Below, in pieces: positions 1 through 12,547 of a stretch of DNA of 64,000 nt. The position numbers and the translations under genes were made by a program. Numbering within the stretch: position 1 is the first letter of the stretch; every line of letters starts with the position of its first letter. Origin of the DNA: Trichosphaerium sp. ATCC 40318 (lineage: Eukaryota > Protista > Tubulinea); contig JALMLS010000268.1 of the NCBI GenBank assembly GCA_038496445.1, positions 186,001 to 250,000 of the forward strand, given 5' to 3'. The notes below the pieces were generated by a model, which worked only from the letters and a program-made list of their open reading frames with translations, ran no database searches and was not told the DNA's origin.

Positions 1-880
1 TCCAAACGATACAGTCGCAGAGTTTACCATTGCTGGTTTAGCATCGCTCACTAATTATGTTATTAAACTAGTATTACTTAATACCGCTGCGTACACTCTG
101 CAGGTACACCATTAGACCATACTTGAGCGCTCTGGCTCTTCGGTATAGATCGAACAGTCTTGTCAGGAGCAGTTGCGCTCTTATGACGTTGTTTACTACT
201 TCCTCTCAAATTCAAATCTACTGCTGAGGCTCTTTTTGCGCGCTGGTTCAAAAGTCCTTTCAAAGCAAAAGATCCACGCATAAATGCAGGTTCTACATAA
301 AATTATTAGAACGTTAAACGAAGAACAGATGAAAGTAAGAAGCTGCCAAAAAAAAAAAATACTTGCCCTTTTTCTTTCTGACCATGTTTATCGCAGGAGG
401 AAACAGACTATTCACCTGTTGGTCCAAGTCTATCGCAGTTTTGTGCGAATAATTAACTGCAGTATGAGTCTCCAAACTTAATCCTGAAGAGTGTTTGTTA
501 AACAAACAAGACATAGAAAGTAATAAAAAAAATAAAAAAAAATGAAAACAATACAAACCTCTTGTTACTCTACAAAGGCTAATAATAATATCACGTATAA
601 GACTTGTAGACATGCAACTCTTTTCCATCATTTGACCGCCATCAATGTAAATTTTCAACTGAAAGCGAGAGGTGAATAAAAAAACCTTTTTTTTTCAAAG
701 GATTAGAACGCACAGTTGTACGCGGAGACGTTGAAGCGCCCAATAATGGTTGTTTTTGCATAGAAAAACAAGAAGCCAGTGCTCTTGATGACATATTATG
801 AAGTGAGGAGCGTCTTAGCATCATATTACCAGAGCCATCAGTGGTGAGACCGTATTTACGCCTAACTGATTTAACATTGT
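1..880 (-). CDS. partial multi-exon gene of unknown function, running off the left edge of the window
   Basis: Minus-strand ORF pieces (78..281, 314..658, 642..911) are separated by AT/poly-T-rich intron-like stretches; no recognisable domain. Confidence 0.3.
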
Positions 881-1778
881 TGCGAAATAACTGAAAAAAA
901 TCGAAATTCAAAAAAAAAAAAATGATCGCAAATTGCTAGGCTGACTGCTTTAAAAATACAACATACCCTTGTGACCATGATACAGTAGTGAATTGGTTTT
1001 GCGAGTATAGTTTACTGCATAATCTAACCCAGTAAGGGCTATCTTCGGGAATGTCGGCGTTCTTTTTAATCGTTATGAAGTGTCTGAAGCGTAAGGAATG
1101 CTAATACGTACCCAAATTGGACTGGATTTGAGAGAAAAAGTCCTTTCAACTTTTTCTCGCTTTAGATCTTCGCCTGTATGAGGTAAGAACGTATTTACAC
1201 GCGAATGACAATAAAATTTAAGCGCTGGCAACTTTTTTAATTGGTATGCACCTTTTTTAGGGAACGTGTGCGCAGCAGCTGTTTCTTCTGGTATGTAATC
1301 GATGCTATTGTATAAATCCTCCCATTCATCTATTTGAATAAGTTGTGTTGCGAATAGTACCTTGTTAACGCACCTAAGCGAACAGGAGGTAATTCAAGCT
1401 CTAATCTACGACGTGATGGTTGCTAAATTTTATTATTACAACGAGTCACTTGCGCTCGGTAAACGCTAGTTTTACTCACCAGGCGTTTATCTAAGGCTAA
1501 ATAGCGTTTGCCATCGTTTGGTTTTTCAGCGGAGTTGTTGGCCATGATATAAACACTCAGACGTTACTAACGCGATTTAGGGTACGCATAAGGCAAAATG
1601 CCTGTTGTCCTTTTTGTAAATGGAACTTTGTTTACCGAACTTTTTTGACTAATATAACACCGCAACGAACGACAACGCCACCGCGTGCGTTGGATTAACA
1701 TTTGCCTGCTTAAACGCAAACTAGCCGTTTATTATTTCTCCTTGTTTTGCATACATTATTGCAATAACGATCAAACGC

Positions 1779-3595
1779 TTATACGATCACAACGTCAGGT
1801 GCCTAATATCTTTAGAAGTGAAGGTTGCGGGTATTTTTACTATACCTCCTTTTTGACCTTCTCAATGTCCCAAATGATAAAGTTACCATCTAAACCAGAC
1901 GTAGAGAACGTTTTCACCTACAAAAAACAATTAAAAAAAAAACAAACGAAAAACAAAGCAATTTTAAACGCACGGTATCGCCATCTTTCTCTCTTATCTG
2001 GATTGCCCTACAATCAACCGTTTTAGTAAGGAAAAAAATCATTTATTTTCTAGTTTTCTGTCCTACCCGATGCAGTTCTTATGTTTCGTATCGATTTTAA
2101 CGCTCTTATTGCCTGCGCCCTATTGCGTTGGTTAATTTCAACCCTTTCCGTCGACTTCACACGAAAATCTAAATAGAAGGTGCATGCGTACTTGATTGTC
2201 CATAGCACGGAACTTGGCCATAGCGCTGAGCTTCTTTCCACCGCCAGAAATCTTGGCGTCCAAGTTGGCAACGTAGTTCCAGTTGCTACCGTCAAAAGTC
2301 CACAAATTAGGAGAGTAGGCGTGTCCAACAGCAACAATGGAATTTTCGGTGAGCCAAATAAAGTCACGGTACGGCAAATCCTTGTACTTTGCGACATGCA
2401 TTGGATGATCTCCTGGTTCCGGACAATCGATAATAATAACAGTAGAATCGTGGCACATAATACTACAAGCAAGCCGTTAAAAGATGAATAATTTTTTGAA
2501 GTTTTTTTTTTCCCGATTTTTATCTTGTTTCACCGTACCCCAACTTGTTACCAGATGGTGACCATTTAACAGCTCTGGTCCATCCTCCGGCAGGGTCCAT
2601 GGTCTTCAGTACAGTACCAAACGGAAGCTTCTTGCCAAAAGCAGTACCATTTGCAAAGTCCGCTCTGTAGCAAGTATAAATAAACAAAAAATATGGACGC
2701 CAAGCAGCGTTTAAAAGAAACGGATTAGCGTACTTTTTGTCGATACCCCTTACGAAGGCAGAGCAAATACGAACGACGTTATCAGCGCAAGCAGTAACAA
2801 GCAAGGCATTGTTTGGATGCCAATCAAGATCGAGTACGGTCGAAAAGTGTTTTTTAATATGTTTCGATACCCACCAATCGTTATCTTCTTCAAAGTAGCA
2901 CACGGATACAATCTTAGCTCTAATAAAAAAGGTCAGGCTTATTTCTGACAAGAAAAAAAAAAAAAAAAGTTACCCTGAAGCGACGGCGAATTTATCCTCT
3001 CTAGGTGACCATTTACACTTTGTAGCGGCACGGTTAATACTAAAAAAGAAAAGTTAGTGTGGTTAAAGCGGTACAAGTTTTCTTTTGTTTTTGTGAGCTT
3101 GTCGTACCGAAGTATCACAAGCGTAGGTTCCCAGACCTTCTCTGCGTCGTTGTAGTTCCATACAAAAGCGTTACGATCTTGTGAGCAGGTAACTATGCGG
3201 TTCTTTATAGGACCCCAATCGATACCCATAACGACTTGGTCGTGCTAGATGAATTTAATGACAGGTAAGAAATCACTAAAACGTTCGTCGGAGGAGAGAA
3301 ACTTCGCTTTCAATCCGAATAGAAAAATTTGTTGGTTTTAAACAATCACGTGATTATATTTACCTCTGGAAGTACATGCTCAAGTTCAAAGACTCCATTC
3401 TCTACCTTGTAGATTTTTACTTCGTTATTATTTGGACACACCGCGACACCTTATTAAATCAGTTAGAGCGAAACAGAAGCGCCCTCCCTTTTTTTTTTTT
3501 TGTTTTTGTTTTGGTTACGGTGGCGTACGTGATTTGTCAGCGTTCCAAGCGTGGCACGTTATAACGGTAGCCAAACGGTTAATTATAGTCGACAT
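1779..3595 (-). CDS. ARPC1: Arp2/3 complex subunit 1 (p41-Arc, WD40 repeat), multi-exon
   Basis: Exons translate to MSTIINRLATVITCHAWNADK, GIDWGPIKNRIVTCSQDRNAFVW..WEPTLVILR, VSVCYFEEDNDWWVSKHIKK, STVLDLDWHPNNALL and FSTSGLDGNFIIWD, all diagnostic ARPC1 motifs; GT-AG introns. Confidence 0.95.
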
Positions 3596-4135
3596 GCTGC
3601 GTGGCTCTTTTTAGTAGACTACTAAAATGTGAAACCAAGAGAACTTGCTTGACTTACTTGCTCCTGTTACTCCAGAAGCACTTCTTCTTTGTTCAGCAAA
3701 AGTTGGTTTAACATAGCGTAAGAGGTGTCTTTAAGAATACTCTATACATTAAATCACAAAGATTGATGAAAAAGCAACAAGCCAATGTTTTTTTTTTTCT
3801 TGGAGTGTGTTTCAACTGTGAGTTCGAAGTAAAACCTTGTGGTTTTAATGGTGTATAACTGCCTGGTAGTTCCACGTGTTTGAAAGCAACTGACTTTATT
3901 GTTAATTCCTATACAGTGACAAGCGCACGTGTTCAATGGTTTCAACTATCTTATTAGGCGCCTTATTTATAGTTAGCGTGAGTACCTTGATCATACACAG
4001 CCCCTCAGGAGACCGTACGATCTTGTCAGATACTGGCTTGATTTAATCAGCAGTCGTTTAGATTACTTCAATACACCTGATGTATCCTGGCTCTCCCAAG
4101 ACTCATGGCCAGATAAATATTTCTTTGGTACGATA

Positions 4136-5724
4136 ATGAGATTAATCGCCTGGGTTCAGGATTCAGGGACTTTATTTTTTGTTTTAATCATTCACTGCAA
4201 GTTATGGCTTTTATTTTTCTAACGACTTTTTTATGAAACAGGATTCGTTGTAGGACTACAACATCCAAATGTATCAGGTAATATTGTGTTCATACAGGAA
4301 CTACATTGGGGACAAAAATACGCTGAAGCGATAAGAAAAGGAGCAATAGGAATAATACTCACCTCACATTTTTATGGTATTTTTTTTTGCTCCCTTTCCA
4401 GTCTTGACTGACTACTTTGATGAAGAAGCTGGTATTTTGAATTACGCCCGAAATACAGTTAACGAGCGATTGCATTTAATGAAACAGAGATTGCCAACAG
4501 TTGAAGGTTCTGGCGATGGATTCAAACAAATGTTTTATTTACTGGAATACAGTTCGAACGGACAATTCTTTAAGTTCCCATGCACTCTTTCGAGTACAGG
4601 TACGCCTACAAAGTGACAAGCAAGTACTCTAAACTTATATTAGATCCAAATCCATGGAAGGATGTTGCAGTTTATGGATCTGTACGTAATCTACACTTTA
4701 ATCTTGCTCTTGTGCTTATTGGTTTTTTCTAGCTTTTCATTTCGCTGGGTATTGGATTCTTGTGCTTTCTTGTACTGTCCATGGCTTGTTACAAAATTTA
4801 CGTCATAGCCAAGTCTAGTGGATTAAAGATGACTGTTCAGTTAGCGTATCTTTATATTGAAGTATTTGCGAATACACGTGCGACAATCAAGAGGTGTTTA
4901 GTCTTCTTTAATACGTTTTGTTTAGTGAGAAGTGTTTTCATTCTTATTGACCCAATGTTCATGAGGAGAATACTTCCAGTCACCCCGTTCAGTTTCATGT
5001 CGTTAGGAGTTGTTTCTTTATCTCTGGAAACAACAGTTCTAGTGTATTTTTACTGGTATGCCACACAACGACAAATTTGTTGTCGTTTAATTAATCTCTT
5101 GTTTTTTTTTAAGGCATAAACTGAGACAAGACACATCAGCGCCTTGTATCAAAAAATGCTTGATTACTAGTACTGTAGTGATAAGTATTTTGGTGTTAAT
5201 CGAAGTGGCAAATGGATATCTTTGGTCGTTTGGTGTGAGTCTTACATTGGCAAACGTGAGAGCTATTTCGTTTTTGTACATCGCACTTTTGGCTTCTGGA
5301 CTTTTCCTGCTATTCAAAGGGTTGTTGGTACTATGGAATCTTAGTAGAGTACGTAGACCAACATGGAGAGTGCTACTGATAAAGAAGGTACGAACGTAAT
5401 TAAAAGCAAATTACTTTTTTCTTGTTTTTTTCCTCAGTGCCTTTTGCTAACGCACCTATTTTCTAGAGCACAAAACGAATAACTTTGAGTTCAATATTCA
5501 TATCTATTGTTGCAATTACAAGCGCTTTTAGCTTATTCGGCAAAGTATCAAGTCCATTAAAGTTCATAACAGTATTTACAGTACATTGGATATCTTTGAT
5601 GATGATAAGTATTCTACAGATATCAGCAATTATACCTCGGCTGAACCAACAGACACCAAATTCTTCAAATGACATTGGTAGAACTATATTAAATCCATCT
5701 GTTGTAGAGCTTGATGATATGTAG
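4136..5724 (+). CDS. multi-exon polytopic membrane protein (N-terminal soluble region plus about 7 TM helices, GPCR-like), function unknown
   Basis: ORF pieces 4374..4616, 4760..5119, 5160..5399 and 5485..5724 give a succession of hydrophobic helices (..LAYLYIEVFANT..IDPMFMRRILP..LVYFYW..) ending in a polar tail; start codon uncertain. Confidence 0.55.
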
Positions 5725-6806
5725 AGTATGATCAAAACCAGTTAATAAAGAAAAGTGTTTCTTGAAAATGTATACATTACTTTGAGAAAAGGGCAAGCCC
5801 TTAGTACATCCAATGTCAAAATGGGACAGCGTGTAGCTTCATTTCTGTTCAATCTTATATTCTAACATTATGACGCCCATACAAGGCGTAGAAATGTTAA
5901 TCGAGTTACTATCTTGAAGCCACCCCTTAAGAAAAGGCACATGTCCAAGTACATGCAGGAGGGAAGGCACCTATCAAGCACTATTTCTTCTTAGTGGGCG
6001 AGACTACATCACTGACCTAGTTCTCCTCTAACATATAACACCCTCCTAATATGTAGAATCAAATTCTGTAATCGAGTTCTGGATCTATAACAGGAGCTAA
6101 CTTGGCTCACTTTACGAGCATTAACCATTCTTAAAGGAGGTGTAGAAATGCAAATAGGGTACTAAACCAGGTGTATTGAAGGGTAACCAACCTCACAACG
6201 AGTTTCTTCATTTTATTATTATCCTACCCTTCTTTAGTTTTGGGCTTTATTGTTTCAGTTTGTCTGACTTTATTTATAATTCCACAAGCGAATTTGTTCC
6301 ATGGTTAGCAATGAGAACCTTCGTGTATATCAGTTAATCAATTACATTGGAGGACGCAAAGGGACAGTACCTTTGGTAAAGGAGAGTATAAAATTGTCTG
6401 CAATTCTGTTTTTAAGACTTTATACTGTTCAATAGCTTATGCGCGTTATTTTTAGGGCGTGTGGCTTGATAGTTTCTAACGTTTCGTTCCGTAGAAAATA
6501 ACAAAAGGCGCGAAATCACATTGAATCTAAATTTTTAATAAGTTCACGTGATCCACGATGTTTTCCCGGAAAAGCACTGTTGACAATAGTGAAGATTCAA
6601 CGGACACGTTTATCAAAATTAGTAGCGTAAGTGCGCAGATCAGAGTACTACAACAAATTGTGCCACACAAAAAAAGCCGTGCACTAAAGAAACTAACCTA
6701 TCGCTTTACTAGCTATCAGATACTCTACGAAGCTCTCTAGTTTGACAGTCAACACCATTCAGCACGTTTAATTCAAACATTACACAAAAACAACCACGTG
6801 ACCGCA

Positions 6807-7589
6807 ATGGATTCAATTTACCTGGCTGTTGTATTCCTTGTGTTTGTATGCCTCGTTGCCTTTGTATGTGCTCAAAATCAAAACGCGGGATTAAACAAAT
6901 GCCAAGTATTTACGCACTTATTCGAAGTAAAAGACGGCGTATTTAAAGACGTTTGTGGCGATATTTCTCTTAGGCCAATAGATAAAGATAAAAACCCAGT
7001 AGCTTTATCTTTTTTGACTGACAATCCTGGCTATGACAATAACTCCTTCATCGCTAGAGACGGAGACTTGTTAGCAATGGATAAACCTATCAGATTTACA
7101 AAAAATACAAAATGGTGTATCGTCTTTGAAGGAAGAAGTCTTCAGAGAGATAGATCAATAAATATGATTCTAGGACCTGGAGGTAAAGATGGAAACTGTC
7201 AGATAAGGTTTGAAGGAAGCAACGGACTGGGTATCTATTCTCCAACTTTCCACAAAGCCAACATCAAACTACCATTTTCAACTGATAACTTTCACACTTT
7301 GATCATCTTTTCCACTGGAGATCACGTGTCAATTTATCAAGATAATGAACATGTTGCTACTTTTAAGGAACCGCTAATAGCAGGATTTTGGAGAATAGGA
7401 GGATGGTATCATAGCTACTACGGAAACATTGAAATCAAAAAACTTGGTGTTGCGTTCGATGTTGATTTAGATTGTGTCCATCAAGTTCTCGATACTCCGG
7501 AAGAATCTAACTCGATAATTCAATGGCTCAAGAATGTCATTAACAACTTGACAATACGTAAGAATCTTGACAAGGTTACCGTTTATTAA
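6807..7589 (+). CDS. single-exon secreted beta-rich protein (possibly ConA-like lectin/glucanase fold)
   Basis: ATG at 6807 and signal peptide MDSIYLAVVFLVFVCLVAFVCA; uninterrupted 260-codon ORF; the pattern 'DNFHTLIIF..GDHVSIYQDNEHV' resembles LamG/ConA 'WHHV.V...G..V.lYvDG'. Confidence 0.6.
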   Translation: MDSIYLAVVFLVFVCLVAFVCAQNQNAGLNKCQVFTHLFEVKDGVFKDVCGDISLRPIDKDKNPVALSFLTDNPGYDNNSFIARDGDLLAMDKPIRFTKNTKWCIVFEGRSLQRDRSINMILGPGGKDGNCQIRFEGSNGLGIYSPTFHKANIKLPFSTDNFHTLIIFSTGDHVSIYQDNEHVATFKEPLIAGFWRIGGWYHSYYGNIEIKKLGVAFDVDLDCVHQVLDTPEESNSIIQWLKNVINNLTIRKNLDKVTVY

Positions 7590-7954
7590 ACTGCTCAACA
7601 CGCACATTGACAATCTTTCCGAACAAGAAAATTGTATCAATACAAACTTCATTTACGCCAACTGTATTATCTTGTTTACTTACTTCGAGGTAAACGATTA
7701 CCAATGTTGTATTTTGAATAGTACTGTTAATGACTCAGTCTAAAGTCGAGTCGGACTGAGGTGAGTCGACTTGAAAAAACACATCTAAAAAGTCGAGTTG
7801 AGTTGTTACCAGTACTAATTTTGAGAAATTTTTCCTTTTAGAAACTGCAGTTTCTTGTTTTTTCCTTTTTGTTTCGTATTTAAGAAGACTGAGTAATAAA
7901 TAAGATAATTAGTAGTTTATTAGGTTTGTAGTTTTACAGTAGTGCTTTGTTCTT

Positions 7955-8684
7955 TTAGTAGTACTCTTCATTCTCCAACTTTCCTCGTCTTTTAGCCTTT
8001 GCAAGCCTTCGTTTTAAAGAGCGTTCAAGTTTGTCAAGAGGATCAACCTATGAAAGTATTTTTTACATGTACATTGTACTGTGTTACCTTATAATTGTAC
8101 TCAATATCATAGTTTTCAACCACAAATGTTCTTTCCTCGATTTCGACAGGCTCAGTGCTAACACAAGCTTGTGTTAGAACAATTCAACACAATTAAATTT
8201 TTTTCTTACTTATGACGTCCCCCAGAGTGGAAGTGATGTGATCTGGGTTGGTAGTTTGCCTCTTTGCTATCTACGAACACCTTATTACCTTTGCGCAAGT
8301 GACCATTGTTTCCATACGCCTAAAAGAGCAATCACATAAGCTGAATTACTGTTGCATCTTAGGAGCACGTGCAAGTTTTGTTATGGACGTAAACCGTCGA
8401 GAGCACATTGGACATTTGTTTGTAACCTATAATGTTTTAAGTTAGTTGTTTTGATGATTTAAGCCCACCTTGCTCCATTGGATGATACACAAATAGCAGT
8501 AGTTATGCTCACAAACGTCAGTGGCACCACGCATTGTCATTTCTCCTAAGCATATGGTACACTTCTCAGGGAACGTTCGTCTACGCTGTTCATGTCGCCT
8601 GGTCTTTTTTAAAGGCGTTGAACTGTTTCGCAACTCTTCAGCTGCATCAAAGTCGGTTAATCGCTTTCTTTTATTTGATGCCAT
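7955..8684 (-). CDS. RING-HC zinc finger protein (putative E3 ubiquitin ligase), multi-exon
   Basis: CTICLGEMTMRGATDVCEHNYCYLCIIQWSK|VTNKCPMC gives a C3HC4 RING across one intron; basic NLS-like N-terminus; last exon ..KRRGKLENEEYY* ends at 7955. Confidence 0.8.
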
Positions 8685-8981
8685 GTTGCGCGCGTCTAAA
8701 GCCAACGAAGGTAACGTGACTGTTACTACGTATCTGTTAGCGCACGTGTGATGGACTTAGCAATCGTTAAGTGCGCCTCCGTTAGAAAGGCTAGCATGAC
8801 TTTAACTCGTACGTAGGTTCACCACGAAGAAAAGATTGACAGATAGCTCAGTATAAAACGGAAACTCACGGAATTTTACAAAAAAACAATAGGAAGCATG
8901 TAGATGTGATTTAGTTTTAAGCGTTTATATGTACAATACTCAACAACTGCTCAACTCAATTTGGGCGGAGTTGTCTTATTA

Positions 8982-10651
8982 TTAAGTTGTGTTTCTCAAG
9001 CCTCGTGGAGAACAATGCTCTTCATGTTGACTTGCAATATCGTACTTGTCAATATTAAGAAGCCATTTAGTTAAGAAACCTAAAAATAAAATTACAACAA
9101 GCCATCACTCTCTTGGTTGTTCTCTTGTTTTAAGAACAAAAGTATACCTGGTTGTTGATCAAAATGGTACATCATTAAACCAATGGATAGAACAAGGATT
9201 GTTCCACTTACCCAAGAAGGAGGGTGTCCAATGTGACCTAGTATTATGTTGTTTAGTATTTTGGTTTTTTGTTGATTGTGGTAACATAAGAACGTACCAC
9301 GCTTCCTCAAGTAGGTGTAAAATGAGTCTATGGCATATGTTAAACAATATGCTGCAAGTTCTTTACGTTTGCTTGGGCGATCTATAAGTGTAGCCAATCC
9401 AGCAATCCATCTGTATTAAAAAAGCATTAAAGTCAGAATTTATTGTTTTTGAAGGAGCTTGATTCTTCGTTGTCGTACGTGTGTTTAAATAGGTTTAATC
9501 TACTATATGTAGTTCCTGAAGCACCATAATACATGCATCCTGAAGCCCAACCAAGCCAACAATAGGTAGCCAAAAAACAGCTTGACCGTAGAATACTTAC
9601 AACAAGTTGTACCCTGTTTTTATGCTTTGAAAGTACAAAGAATATAAGGTACACAGGCAAATAAACAGGAATAGCGCGTCTCAAAGCTTGAAACCAGAAG
9701 TATAGAAGATATCGAACATGTGACATGCCTACAGATAATAAGCTCGAAGCTAGCCCACAAAAAATTCAAAAAGAAAAAAAGAGAAGCGCGAAATTACCTG
9801 GATGTGTCACGTGGCATGGTGATTTTATTTTAATGCCAGGAGACTGTAGTATCGCCATATTGTGTTTTGATTGACCACCCTGATAGTTGAGAAAGCTCAG
9901 GTACGAAGGATGAAGCTCATCAGGTGCTTGAAGCCAAGTGGATAAGATTTGAGCTGACGAGATACACATTATGATTGTAGCGCCATAAGGTACATCAGGT
10001 GATATGGTACGTAATGACCGAACCAGAAACCTAAATATAAGCGTTAGACAAGCTGATGGATGAGCAATTTTCGAGTTTTTTTGTAGAATTTCTTTTTGGG
10101 AATAAAGTATACTTCTTTTCTCACCAATTGACTATTATAGAGCTTGTATGTAGTTCTCCATCTACTGCAAGTGCCAATGCCATACTTACAGCGGAGTTTA
10201 CAGCCATTTGAAGTCTAGGTGATACTTTTTTGGGTAGTTGTTTCTCTATAGCACGTCAGGCCATAAAAAGAGCGAGTGGATTGTAGAATGGTACAAAAAA
10301 CAAATAACGCCTGTTTTAGGCCGGGTTTTGCTTAAACGTGTCAATAGGCGAAATGACAACGCCAGGCGCTTTCAAGGAGGTTCAAAAACGTACTACGCTT
10401 TAAAAAAGTTGCTATTGCGTCTGTTGCTCTAAACCCGCCTACAAATGCCCCCAATGCGAGCCCACGGCGTATGCCAGTTACACGGCGTTTAAGAAGGCAC
10501 ATAGGAATGAAATAAACGCAAAACCCTATTAAATTGTTACGCCATTACGCGGAGGTTAGTGGCTACCTTTAGTGAAGCCTTCAAGAGTAGACAAGAGCTT
10601 CTTCTTTATAAAACGTTTATCCTCGTCCTCTATACTGATATTACTCCCCAT
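8982..10651 (-). CDS. TMEM135-family transmembrane protein, multi-exon
   Basis: SAQILSTWLQAPDELHPSYLSFLNYQGG, PCHVTHPG, RAIPVYLPVY..SILRSSCFLATYC and IDRPSKRKELAAYC match the TMEM135 family pattern. Confidence 0.8.
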
Positions 10652-10829
10652 TGTAGCACTTTCTTTCTGCTTGATAGGTTGCAAATGGCATCAACTGGGT
10701 GGGAAAGACGAAAGGTCAAAACCGTTATTTAAGATTCTGTCATAATTTATGAAAATACCTTCAAGTGTTTTAAAGGGCAAAGAGTGACGCTCAGATGTTT
10801 TGAAAATTGAAACATACAATCCAGGGAGG

Positions 10830-11885
10830 TGGCACGTTTATTGCATAAGCAAAGACATTTTCAGCATTGTGCTAGCAGTTACAATCTCGACTTGCAGAAG
10901 AGAAAAACTCGTGTTGCAAATACGATTACGACAGCGCTATTACTTACCACTCAGTTAAATATCTGCATAGCTGATATTGTACATCATTGTGGTAAGTGTA
11001 CCACTCAGTGCTATATAATTGTAAATGTACTTGCAATTGGTGAGTAGCGATATCGTCGCTTATCTGCGGGTATATTTCTACAACGATGAGAGAATTTAAA
11101 TGTAAAAAAGTCACTACGCGCCTGATAGAGTGTGCCAGAAAAAAAGAACAATGTTTGATAATCTTTTACGTTCATGGAACCTACACGTTGAAAAGAAAGT
11201 AGCAGTCCATTCTTACCACGGAAAAAAATATCAAAGCTTCGTATTTGTAGATTGAGGTTTTAGGCATGTGGTAATACTGTGAAACGAAATTCATGCGAGT
11301 AAAGCCATCTTATCGCCTATAAAAAATTACCAACTCTGCACGTAGCGAAAAGTGAGAACCGGTTTACACAGTCTACAAAACATTACCTGGACGTAAGACA
11401 AAAGGGATCCTGTTTTCTCTGTGAATAGATGAGTGATGTTTTGATTGGATAGACATAGGTGACCCTGTCGGAGTGTGTTGCTTTGTATCGCACATTGATT
11501 TGAGCGACGGTTTACCTTTGGCTTATAGATAGCTGGCTCGCTGGAGATCACAATTCTAGTTGAAGTGAGCAAAGCCGTAAACAGACTATGAACGTACGCT
11601 GAACTCTCGCGTGCAAGTCTACAAATTGTGGGAGGTGCAAGAGCATAAGCAATGTATAAGGGGAGATCTACGTACATTGAATCCCTAGTGATGTAACTGG
11701 CTACGCTTTTTTGTAGCCTGACATCAAGTTCATAGTCTACAATATCGTGTTGTAGATTCTCAAACAAAACCGAAATATCGGCAGCAGAGCTGTTGTTGCT
11801 TAGAGTCAACAGAAACACCAACGTACAGTCTACTTGAAAATACAGGTACATGCTCTTGAGCACTTTTTCTGTTTAATGTTGCCAT
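10830..11885 (-). CDS. hypothetical multi-exon protein
   Basis: 178-aa ORF 11327..11863 with intron-like ends and further downstream exon-like segments; no domain recognised; boundaries approximate. Confidence 0.35.
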
Positions 11886-12547
11886 TGTAGTTGTAACAGC
11901 TTTTAATTTATTAAAGTGGCTTAACGTCATTCTATGTGTTGCTTATCAATCGTCTTTTCGCTCAAATATCCCAACAAAACTACGGAATTTGCCACCTACA
12001 CGATCATTGTTCGTGCACTCGAGATACTAGAACCGTTCTAGAAGCTAGTCTACTCGCATTGTTCTCGTCAAACAAAAAAATACATGGAAAAAATGTGTTT
12101 TATGTGATTTTTATGCTCATTGCAGGTTACTTATAGATAAACGGATTTGCATGCAAATCCCGTGTGCATGAAAAAAACAAGAATCACCCTTTTCTATTAT
12201 TTAATGTTGGAACTGCCTGTAGACTTTCCTGGGCATACAATTTAACGTGTTTTAATAAATTACAGAATTGATGGGCTGTGCAGCTGCTTGCTTTGGCATG
12301 TTTTGTCAACAAAATGATTGCTCCAAATATTGCTTAAAATCTCATGTCACTTTAAGAAATATCGAGTGGCTTTAAGCTTATGTACTTGTATTCTCACAAC
12401 ATGCTTATGATTGTACCTAAAAGATTTGCATTCATACCACAAGATCAAAATAAATAAACCCTTGTAACAGAGTAGCTCAAACAACCTAGTGAGTGATATA
12501 CATATACGTGTCTATAAAAAAAAAACCAAGGTAGAACCTTTTATTCT

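Noticed and set aside
920-1700. Possible snoRNA or other ncRNA in the intergenic region
   Set aside because: Only scattered TGATG/CTGA-like words, with no convincing C/D box pair, terminal stem or recognisable guide.
5985-6025. Group I intron-like motif (gggcgagactacatcactgacc, reverse complement similar to the S element)
   Set aside because: No matching R element/P7 partner or host gene found; too short to support.
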